DNA of 32,000 nucleotides from Schaalia odontolytica (GTDB lineage Bacteria; Actinomycetota; Actinomycetes; Actinomycetales; Actinomycetaceae): NCBI RefSeq assembly GCF_005696695.1, contig NZ_CP040006.1, positions 1,800,001 to 1,832,000 of the forward strand, read 5' to 3'. Shown piece by piece: positions 25,801 to 32,000 of this stretch (position 1 is its first letter; each line of letters starts with the position of its first letter). The notes under the pieces were generated by a model. It saw only the letters and a program-made list of their open reading frames with translations, ran no database searches and was not told where the DNA came from. The position numbers and the translations under genes were made by a program.

Positions 25801-26465
25801 TCGCCGAGGGTTCGCTGATCGGAGACGGAGAAGGCGCGGATGTCGTCGACCTCGTCGCCCCACAGCTCCACGCGCAGGGGGTGGGGTTCCTGGGGCGGGA
25901 AGACGTCGAGGATGCCGCCGCGCACGCTCATCTGGCCGCGGCCTTCGACCATGTCGACGCGCTCGTAGCCCAGCTCAGCCAGGCGGTTCATGGTCTCGGT
26001 GAGGTCGAGAATGTCGCCGCTGCGCACACGCACGGGTTCGAGGTCCGCCAGGCCGGAGATGATCGGCTGGAGGAAGGCGCGGATGGGGACGACGAGGACC
26101 GAAACCGGGCCCGCACTGTCGTCTCCCGTGATCGGGTGGACGAGGCGGCGCAGGACGGCGATGCGACGCGCCATCGTATCGACCTGGGGCGAGAGGCGCT
26201 CGTGGGGCAGGGTCTCCCACGCGGGCAGCATGGCGACGCCCGGGATCCACGAGGCCAGGGCGTTGGTCAGCGATTCGGCGTCGCGCCCGGTGGCCGTGAG
26301 GACGACGAGGGGCGTGGCCGCGCGCGAGGCGACGGCCGCAAGGAGAGGCGGCCGGATGCCGACGGGCGCGACGATCGTGCCGGAACGGCCGGCTTCGACG
26401 GAGTCGATGGCCGTCTCGATCGCGGGATCGGTGGTGATGTCCGGGAGGAGTCCGGTGAGTAGCAC
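22881..26465 (-). CDS. mfd: Transcription-repair coupling factor
   Basis: ~1194 aa from the GVG-context GTG at 26465 (the track ORF begins at an upstream TTG). Motifs: Walker A GDVGYGKTEIA, DEEQRFGV, superfamily-2 helicase motifs, and the CarD/TRCF region YLVIEYA...LFVP. Confidence 0.93.
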   Translation of the reverse strand: MLLTGLLPDITTDPAIETAIDSVEAGRSGTIVAPVGIRPPLLAAVASRAATPLVVLTATGRDAESLTNALASWIPGVAMLPAWETLPHERLSPQVDTMARRIAVLRRLVHPITGDDSAGPVSVLVVPIRAFLQPIISGLADLEPVRVRSGDILDLTETMNRLAELGYERVDMVEGRGQMSVRGGILDVFPPQEPHPLRVELWGDEVDDIRAFSVSDQRTLGEAADGLWAVPCRELLLTQAVRARAREAADRLPGAAEMLSLAAEGIAAPGIESLAPILVGGMESLLDLLPAGSPILASDPERIRARAADLVATTEEFLAAAWSAAAGGADTPLEASKASFLDLADLWGSGKRPWWELTDLPPADLASAIDEAEADSPSADGPAPVVVSPTLMRVGARDVHPYRGDFARAAADLTDLARDGWRIVVTTEGPGPGRRIRSILTDASCPAALADNVEARPDPGLVTITTAQAGVGFVAPHLKIAILTEGDLTGRAGASTRDMRRMPSRRRKGVDPLTLHPGDYIVHDQHGIGRFIELVSRTIGRGDAASTRDYLVIEYAPSKRGQPADRLFVPTDALDQISKYTGSDEPSLTKMGGADWAKTKARAKKAVNEVAKELIRLYAVRQQTKGHAFGPDTPWQRELEDAFPYVETPDQLVTIDEVKADMEKPVPMDRLLTGDVGYGKTEIAVRAAFKAIQDGYQAAVLVPTTLLVTQHAETFAERYAGFPVRIGTLSRFSTPKETEEVKAGLASGEVDLVIGTHSLLTGTVSFKKLGLVIIDEEQRFGVEHKETLKALRTDVDVLSMSATPIPRTLEMAISGIREMSILQTPPEERQPVLTFVGAYTDAQVSAAIRRELLRDGQVFYVHNRVDSISSVAAHITELVPEARVRTAHGKMNEHQLEAVIQDFWNHEFDVLVCTTIVETGLDISNANTLIVDRADTFGLSQLHQLRGRVGRGRERAYAYFFYPGDKALTETAHERLKTIAANTELGAGLAVAQRDLEIRGAGNLLGGAQSGHVEGVGFDLYVRMVSDAVAAYRGDAPTEKTDVRMDLQVDAHIPDGYVRGERLRLEVYAKIAAISTPEQEADVREELVDRYGPIPPQVDLLFAVARLREIVRRAGITEIVTQGKYLRVSPVELRDSQVMRLKRLHPGTVIKAAVRQVLVPLPLTSRVGGSPLTDGPLLEWVETLVTKILVPFGE

Positions 26466-26519
26466 GCGCTGCCTTTCGCGGTGAGGGTGCGCGGCGACGC
26501 CCAAGGGTCGCCGCCTCGA

Positions 26520-27122
26520 TCAGGACCCGGTGTGCAGGGCCATCTGGGTGGGGGCGAATCCCTTGGTCACGATGTCTTCGACGACGTCTGCGGCCTGCTC
26601 GAAGGTCACGTCCCAGTCGGGGCGTTCCTTGGAGGGCAGGGGGGCGAGCACGTAGTCGGCGGGGTCCATGCGCCCCGGCGGGCGGCCCACGCCGATGCGC
26701 AGCCGGGCGTAGTCACGCGTGCCCAGGTGCTGACTGAGGGACTTCAGGCCGTTATGGCCGCCCTCTCCCCCGCCGACCTTGAGGCGCAGCGTGTGCGCGG
26801 GCAGGTCCATGTCGTCGTGGATGACGAGGATGCGCGAGGGCTCGATCTTGTGGAAGGTGGCGAGCGCACTGATCGGCCCACCGGAGGTGTTCATGTAGCT
26901 GTCGGAGCGCGCGAGAATCACGCGGGGTCCAGGCACGCCGCCGGGGCCGATCCCTAAGCGGACGTCGGCGGTGTGCGTGCGCGAGCGGTGCGAGGTGAGG
27001 GTCGCGCCGCCGCGCGAGGCGAGCACGTCGAGGGTCAAGTACCCGACGTTATGTCGGGTGGAGGCATACTGCGCGCCGGGGTTACCTAACCCGACGACGA
27101 GCCACGGTCCGTCAGTCGTCAT
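26520..27122 (-). CDS. pth: Peptidyl-tRNA hydrolase
   Basis: Start trimmed to MTTDGPWLVVGLGNPGAQYASTRHNVG. Also GGHNGLKS. Confidence 0.93.
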   Translation of the reverse strand: MTTDGPWLVVGLGNPGAQYASTRHNVGYLTLDVLASRGGATLTSHRSRTHTADVRLGIGPGGVPGPRVILARSDSYMNTSGGPISALATFHKIEPSRILVIHDDMDLPAHTLRLKVGGGEGGHNGLKSLSQHLGTRDYARLRIGVGRPPGRMDPADYVLAPLPSKERPDWDVTFEQAADVVEDIVTKGFAPTQMALHTGS

Positions 27123-27975
27123 ACTCCGATTGTGCCACCCGCGCCGAGAGCATGTCCCACTGGGGGGCGTCCTCGACGACGGGGGCTGCCTCACGTCGAG
27201 ACGTGGCCCACGCGTCTGCGAAGAGCTGTGCCCACTTGGTGTAGGCCGCCGAATTCGGGTGGAAGAAGTCCGCAGCGTGGTAGGCGAAGGTGTAGGTCGG
27301 CAGGGAGTATTCCTGGGTGAGGGAACGCAGGTCGACCGGGTGCGCGTCGCTGTCGGAGACGGCGGCCGCGATGCGGTCGGACATGTCCTGCGCGCGACTT
27401 TCCTGGGGCATGATGCCGAAGGACGGGATCGTGGAGACGAGCGCGTCGGCAGGCAGGACGGCGAGGACTCGACGCAGGCGCTCTTCGAACTGGCCGGGGG
27501 CCATGTCCTCGGTCATGACGTCGTTGCCGCCGATGGTCAGCGTCACCAGGTCGGGGCTGTAGGGGCCGTCCAGCAGGCCCAGGCCGCGCATCTGCGGGAT
27601 CTGAGTGAGTTCCACGGATTCGATCGTGGCCCCGGAGAGGGACAGGTTGAGCAGAAGGACCTCGCGATCCATCTGCGCGGCGATCGAGGAGGCGAGGCGG
27701 GCCGGGTAGGACTCGGTGACGCGCGAGGCGCCAACGCCCTGCACGGAGGAGTCGCCGAGGGAGACGATCAGGTAGGGACGCTCATCCTCGGGATGCTCGT
27801 CGAGCTCGCGCAGGCGGTCCAGGGTCGCCAGGTTGTGGTTCTCCCATGCCTTGCGGTAGTCACCGCGCTGGGAATCCAGCCGCAGGAGGCGTCCAATCGC
27901 CAGGCCGCCGCCGAAGAGGCTCGCGCCGCCGGCTGCTGCGCCCGCTACCTGCCATGCTCGTTTGCTGATCCCCAT
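27112..27975 (-). CDS. SGNH/GDSL-family hydrolase with an N-terminal membrane anchor
   Basis: Start trimmed to MGISKRAWQVAGAAAGG, with GGGAAGGA upstream. Block I is LGDSSVQG, block III is IGGND and block V is DFFHPN. Its 3' end overlaps the pth start by 11 nt. Confidence 0.8.
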   Translation of the reverse strand: MGISKRAWQVAGAAAGGASLFGGGLAIGRLLRLDSQRGDYRKAWENHNLATLDRLRELDEHPEDERPYLIVSLGDSSVQGVGASRVTESYPARLASSIAAQMDREVLLLNLSLSGATIESVELTQIPQMRGLGLLDGPYSPDLVTLTIGGNDVMTEDMAPGQFEERLRRVLAVLPADALVSTIPSFGIMPQESRAQDMSDRIAAAVSDSDAHPVDLRSLTQEYSLPTYTFAYHAADFFHPNSAAYTKWAQLFADAWATSRREAAPVVEDAPQWDMLSARVAQSEYDD

Positions 27976-28022
27976 CGGAATGTCCTTCCCTTGTGTCTGC
28001 TGGTCCTCAGTGTAACGAGGCC

Positions 28023-28057
28023 GGGGCCGGTGCTTCAAATGCTGAAGCACCGGCCCC
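28023..28057 (-). terminator. Intrinsic terminator hairpin downstream of galK
   Basis: GGGGCCGGTGCTTCA-AATGC-TGAAGCACCGGCCCC forms a perfect 15-bp stem. Confidence 0.65.
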
Positions 28058-28076
28058 TCGGTTTGTCTCAGATCGC

Positions 28077-29324
28077 TCAGTCCAGGCGTCCGGCGGGAGC
28101 TCCCGGGAGGGATCGGATGAAGTGAGGAGGCTCCCAGCCTCGCTCCGCGTAGGCGGCCGCGACGGCTCGTGCCACACCCTCGACGGCGCGCACGTCGACG
28201 AGCGCGATCGCGCTACCGCCGAAGCCACCGCCCGTCATTCGTGCGCCATGCGCGCCCGCAGCGCGGGCAGCCTCCACGGCCACATCCAGCTCCTCGCAGG
28301 AGACCTCGTAGTCGTCGCGCAACGAATCGTGCGAATCGTTCAGGAGAGCGCCCGCGACCGCCAGGCGCGTCCCCTCGAGCGGCCCCTCGTCAAGGAGCTC
28401 AATGAAGGCGCGCGTGCGCGCGATTTCGGAGACGACGTGGCGCGTGCGCGCGGCCAGGCGCTCATTACCCAGCGCGGCCGTGGCCTCGTCGAGGTCCTCA
28501 ACGTCCACGAGCTGGCCCACCCCCAGGATGCGCGCCGACTCCTCGCAGTCCGCGCGGCGCGACCCATACTGGCCGTCCGCCAGCGAATGCTTGGCGCGCG
28601 TATCGATGACGAGGAGCTCGAGGCCGACCGCGCTCAGGTCGAAGGGAACCTGGCGCGTCGACATGTCGCGACAGTCGAGGGCCAGCGCATGGCCCTGACG
28701 GCAACGCAGAGAGGCCGTCTGATCCAGGCCACCCGTGTTCGCACCCGCCACCTGGTTTTCCGCGGCGCGGGCGGCATCCACGAGCACCTTGCGCCCCTCG
28801 TCGTTGGGGGCCTCGATCGTGCCCGCAAGACCCAGCGAGCACACCTCGTCGAGGGCAACCGCGGTCGCACACTCGAGCGCGGCGCTCGACGACAGGCCAC
28901 CTCCCAAGGGCACACACGACCACAGGGCCGCGTCAAAACCGGGCAGCGGCCCGTATCCCGCCTGCTCGAGGGCCCACGCGACACCGGCGAGATAGGCGGT
29001 CCAATGGTTGGCGACCTCGCCAGAGGTCCCCTTCGGGCCGATCACGTCGAGATCGAGGACGTCGATCGCCTCGCGCGTCTGCGGCGAAATCAGGCGAATC
29101 GTCCGATCCTCACGAGGCGACAGCGCCACGTAGGCGCGGTGCGGCAGTGCGATCGGAACGCACGGACCACCGTTGTAGTCCACGTGCTCGCCGATGATGT
29201 TGACGCGCCCGGGCGCGCTCCACACGCCCCGAGGCTCGTAGCCAAACGCGTCACGGAACAGGTCTGTGGCCTGCGCGGCCCCTTCATCGGGAGTAGCGGC
29301 GTCGGCCCACACGAGATCAGTCAC
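28077..29324 (-). CDS. galK: Galactokinase
   Basis: 415 aa with a GTG start and AAGGAGGA 5 nt upstream. Signature GRVNIIGEHVDYNGG. GHMP kinase motif PLGGGLSSSAAL. Confidence 0.93.
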   Translation of the reverse strand: MTDLVWADAATPDEGAAQATDLFRDAFGYEPRGVWSAPGRVNIIGEHVDYNGGPCVPIALPHRAYVALSPREDRTIRLISPQTREAIDVLDLDVIGPKGTSGEVANHWTAYLAGVAWALEQAGYGPLPGFDAALWSCVPLGGGLSSSAALECATAVALDEVCSLGLAGTIEAPNDEGRKVLVDAARAAENQVAGANTGGLDQTASLRCRQGHALALDCRDMSTRQVPFDLSAVGLELLVIDTRAKHSLADGQYGSRRADCEESARILGVGQLVDVEDLDEATAALGNERLAARTRHVVSEIARTRAFIELLDEGPLEGTRLAVAGALLNDSHDSLRDDYEVSCEELDVAVEAARAAGAHGARMTGGGFGGSAIALVDVRAVEGVARAVAAAYAERGWEPPHFIRSLPGAPAGRLD

Positions 29325-29456
29325 AAGATCCTCCTTGGTCTCACTTCCACAAGGCTACGTGAACGCCCTCACACCCTTCAAGCGCTACGGCCTCATCGAA
29401 CCCGCCCCAACACCCGGTACAGTGGAGCCACCACAACCGCGACACAGGCAGGCCCC

Positions 29457-30005
29457 ATGTTCCTCCCCCAACGACTCCCCGGCCAGGACTGGCTCGGCGT
29501 CGTCGTCGCGATCCCCGAACCGTGGGTCACACAGCTCACCGACCTGCGCCTGCGCCTGGGAGACCTTGCGGGATCACGCATCCCCGCGCACATCACGCTG
29601 ATGCCACCCACGCCCGTCGCACGCGAGGCACGCGCCGAGGTCATCGACCACCTGCGCTCCATCGCCTCGAGGCATTCCCCCTTCCGCGTCACCCTGTCGG
29701 GCACCGATTCCTTCCGCCCCGTCTCCAACGTCGCTTTCATGACGCTGGCCGAAGGCGCCTCCGACTGTACGTACCTCGCCGAGGAGATCCGCTCCGGCCC
29801 CCTCGACCACGAGATGCGCTTTCCGTATCACCCTCACGTGACTCTGGCACAGGACGTGGACGACGTCGCCCTGGACATGGCACTCGATATCGGAGCGACC
29901 GTCGAGGCCTCGTGGATCGTTCCCGGTTTCCGCCTGGACCGCATCGACCCGTCGGGCATCTACTCCTCGATGGCACTGTTCGACTTCGACGCCTCCGGGC
30001 ACTAA
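29457..30005 (+). CDS. 2H phosphoesterase superfamily protein (2'-5' RNA ligase/LigT-like)
   Basis: 182 aa, the C-terminal part of track ORF 27993..30005. It has two HxT motifs, AHITL and HPHVTL, at the typical spacing. Confidence 0.8.
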   Translation: MFLPQRLPGQDWLGVVVAIPEPWVTQLTDLRLRLGDLAGSRIPAHITLMPPTPVAREARAEVIDHLRSIASRHSPFRVTLSGTDSFRPVSNVAFMTLAEGASDCTYLAEEIRSGPLDHEMRFPYHPHVTLAQDVDDVALDMALDIGATVEASWIVPGFRLDRIDPSGIYSSMALFDFDASGH

Positions 30006-30090
30006 TTCGCTGCTTACCAAGCCTTTGCACGCTGGCGTTCCGGGCGCCGGAGGCACCGGCCATTCACGGGCACCTCAGCGCACACACGAA

Positions 30091-30127
30091 AGGCCGCGGC
30101 CCGGGAAGGACTCCCAGGCCGCGGCCT
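30091..30127. terminator. Bidirectional hairpin between convergent genes
   Basis: AGGCCGCGGCCCGGGA-AGGA-CTCCCAGGCCGCGGCCT forms a ~16-bp stem with one mismatch. Confidence 0.5.
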
Positions 30128-30140
30128 CGTCGATAAAACG

Positions 30141-30968
30141 TCAGATCTCGTAGGTCACGGAGACCGGCGCGTGATCCGAGAAGCGCTCCGCGTACTCGTC
30201 GGCGCGGCCGATCTCGAAGGAACGCGCGCGCTCGCCCAGGGCGGGCGTCGCGTACTGGTAGTCGATGCGCCAGCCCGCGTTGTTGACGAAGGCCTGACCT
30301 CGCCATGACCACCACGAGTAGGGGCCCTGCACGTCGCCGGCCAGGTCGCGCACGGTATCGCGCCACCCCTCCTCCACCCACTGGTTGAGGAAAGCAATCT
30401 CCTCGTCGAGGACGCCGGCGCGCTTGTTGTGGTTCGGCTTCCAGTTCTTGATGTCGGCCTCCGAGCGCACGACGTTGAAGTCGCCGCACACGAGGGAAGA
30501 GATGCCACCGGCGGCCTCTTCAGCAATCAGCTCTGCCATGCGTGCGCCGATGCGGGGCAGGTGCGCCATCTTGGCCTCCTGCTTGGGGGTATCCTTCTCG
30601 CCCGAGTGGAAGTATGCGGAGACGACGCGCACGGGGGTGTCGCCGCCCTCGGGACGCACGACGGCCTCGAGCCAGCGGCCCGAATCCACGTCCGTCTCGG
30701 CCTCGTCGAGAATCAGGCGCGGCTCACCCTCCAGGACCGCGCGCCCGCGTCGCACTGCTACGCCCACGCCCGCGCGCCCCTTGATGCGGCAGGGAACCCA
30801 CACGCTCTCCCAGTCCTCGCCCATGATCTCGCGGGAGATCTCCTCGGGCGCACGCACCTCCTGCATGAGCAGCACATCCGTATCGCTCGCCTCCAGCCAG
30901 TCGAGGAAGCCGCGCTTGTGGGCGGCTCGGATGCCGTTCAGGTTCACGGTGGTCACCGTCAGAGTCAT
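30141..30968 (-). CDS. xthA: Exodeoxyribonuclease III
   Basis: 275 aa. Motifs: NLNGIRAA, LLMQEV, GDFNV, SDHAPV. Confidence 0.93.
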   Translation of the reverse strand: MTLTVTTVNLNGIRAAHKRGFLDWLEASDTDVLLMQEVRAPEEISREIMGEDWESVWVPCRIKGRAGVGVAVRRGRAVLEGEPRLILDEAETDVDSGRWLEAVVRPEGGDTPVRVVSAYFHSGEKDTPKQEAKMAHLPRIGARMAELIAEEAAGGISSLVCGDFNVVRSEADIKNWKPNHNKRAGVLDEEIAFLNQWVEEGWRDTVRDLAGDVQGPYSWWSWRGQAFVNNAGWRIDYQYATPALGERARSFEIGRADEYAERFSDHAPVSVTYEI

Positions 30969-31003
30969 CGTTTTCTCCTTACGCGAGTTTTCTTCAGTCT
31001 AGA

Positions 31004-31059
31004 GGAACGAGGAGGCGCGGCGAGGAATGGACATCCTCACCGCGCCTCCTCTTCGTTCC
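31004..31059 (-). terminator. Long imperfect hairpin downstream of folD
   Basis: GGAACGAGGAGGCGCGGCGAGGA (loop) TCCTCACCGCGCCTCCTCTTCGTTCC forms a ~22 bp stem with a small bulge. There is no clear U-tract. Confidence 0.45.
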
Positions 31060-31097
31060 CGCGCTCACGCGTCGTTTGCCGAGGCCACGCGCACCTG

Positions 31098-32000
31098 TCA
31101 GTTCGCGCTAATTCCCGCCTGGCGTTCGGCCGCCTCGACGACGTTCGTCACGAGGAGTGCCCGAGTCATCGGGCCAACGCCGCCGGGGTTGGGGCTCAGC
31201 CAGCTGGCCACCTCATCCACGCCGTCCGCGACGTCGCCCATCAGTCGAGCCTTGCCATCCTCGCCCTGCACGCGGCTCACGCCGACGTCGAGGACGATGG
31301 CGCCGGGGGCGACCATGTCACGAGTGATGATCCCAGCGGATCCCGCCGCGGCCACGATGACGTCCGCACGACGCACGTGATCGGCCAGGTCGGTCGTGCC
31401 CGTGTGGCACACGTCGACCGTCGCGTTCACTTCCTTGCGCATGAGCAGGAGGCCGATCGAACGCCCCACGGTCACGCCTCGACCGATAACGCACACGTTC
31501 TTGCCGGCCAGGTCGATCCCATGGCGTTCCATGAGCTCGATGACCGCGCGCGGCGTGCACGGCAGAGGCGAATCGATGGGACCCGAGCCTCGCAGCACGA
31601 GACGCCCGAGGTTCATCGGATGCAGGCCATCCGCATCCTTCGCGGGGTCGATACGCTCCAGAACGGCGTTCGTATCGATGCCGCGAGGCAGCGGCAGCTG
31701 CACGATGTAGCCCGTGCAAGCAGGATCCGCGTTGAGCTGGTCGATCGCGGCCTCCACCTGTTCCTGCGTCGCGTCAGCGGGCAGGTCCACGCGGATCGAC
31801 TCAGCGCCGATCTGAGCGCAATCGCGGTGCTTGCCGGCGACGTAGGCGACGGACCCGGGGTCCTCTCCCACGAGGATCGTGCCGAGGCCCGGGACAACCC
31901 CAGCCTCGCGCAGACGATCGACGCGCTCCTTCAGCTCCGCCTTAATGGCGGCAGCGGTCGCCTTGCCATCCAGGACCCCGGCGGGGCCCTCCCAGGGAGC
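31098..32000 (-). CDS. folD: Bifunctional methylenetetrahydrofolate dehydrogenase/cyclohydrolase; the 5' end is at or beyond the right window edge
   Basis: The frame stays open from 31871 to base 32000: ...[46 protein letters not shown]. Motifs: [30 protein letters not shown]. Confidence 0.93.
   Translation of the reverse strand, partial: APWEGPAGVLDGKATAAAIKAELKERVDRLREAGVVPGLGTILVGEDPGSVAYVAGKHRDCAQIGAESIRVDLPADATQEQVEAAIDQLNADPACTGYIVQLPLPRGIDTNAVLERIDPAKDADGLHPMNLGRLVLRGSGPIDSPLPCTPRAVIELMERHGIDLAGKNVCVIGRGVTVGRSIGLLLMRKEVNATVDVCHTGTTDLADHVRRADVIVAAAGSAGIITRDMVAPGAIVLDVGVSRVQGEDGKARLMGDVADGVDEVASWLSPNPGGVGPMTRALLVTNVVEAAERQAGISAN

Noticed and set aside
27993-29456. The N-terminal part of the 670-aa ORF 27993..30005(+)
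   Set aside because: This part is antisense to galK. Only the C-terminal 182 codons from the ATG at 29457 carry the 2H (HxT x2) motifs.

Overview
High-GC actinobacterial chromosome segment. Gene content and order match the conserved actinobacterial core: mfd-pth, eno-ftsB-DUF501-ppx, and greA-hemolysin III-Z-prenyl synthase. It resembles Actinomycetaceae. From about 7.06 kb to 32 kb the window is ordinary housekeeping DNA: ychF, ispH, xseAB, a PfkB kinase, a cis-prenyltransferase, hlyIII, greA, an AI-2E transporter, msrA, an FKBP PPIase, a BI-1/YccA protein, one tRNA, ppx, DUF501, ftsB, eno, a lipoprotein, mfd, pth, an SGNH hydrolase, galK, a 2H phosphoesterase, xthA and folD. Most convergent junctions carry strong hairpin terminators. 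The left ~7 kb is accessory and is the interesting part. It contains, in order: (1) an Erm(X)-like 23S rRNA methyltransferase gene that runs off the left edge and is absent from the supplied ORF track, preceded by a 15-codon leader ORF and alternative anti-SD hairpins; (2) a ~690 bp lower-GC non-coding tract with TACGAAAC(ACA) repeats; (3) a rightward, tightly coupled module of a large serine recombinase, a hypothetical ORF, a small ORF, an 896-aa AEP primase-polymerase/SF3 helicase, and a small ORF that looks like a paralog of an internal primase segment; (4) a ~190 bp array of helically phased GTACCCA/TGGGTAC 7-mers flanking AT-rich DNA, plus a perfect 12-bp-arm dyad, ending about 55 bp from the ychF stop codon. 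I read this as a compact integrative, self-replicating element (int, pri-rep, iteron ori) with macrolide-lincosamide-streptogramin B resistance as cargo or neighbour. Its left boundary is outside the window. A second oddity lies in the core region. The only tRNA has anticodon UAA (Leu, the rare UUA codon), a Leu-like D-arm and A73, but only a 5-nt variable loop, whereas bacterial tRNA-Leu normally has a long variable arm. No CRISPR array, rRNA, IS transposase or recognisable defence operon was seen. All homology calls rest on motif recognition and memory, not on searches.
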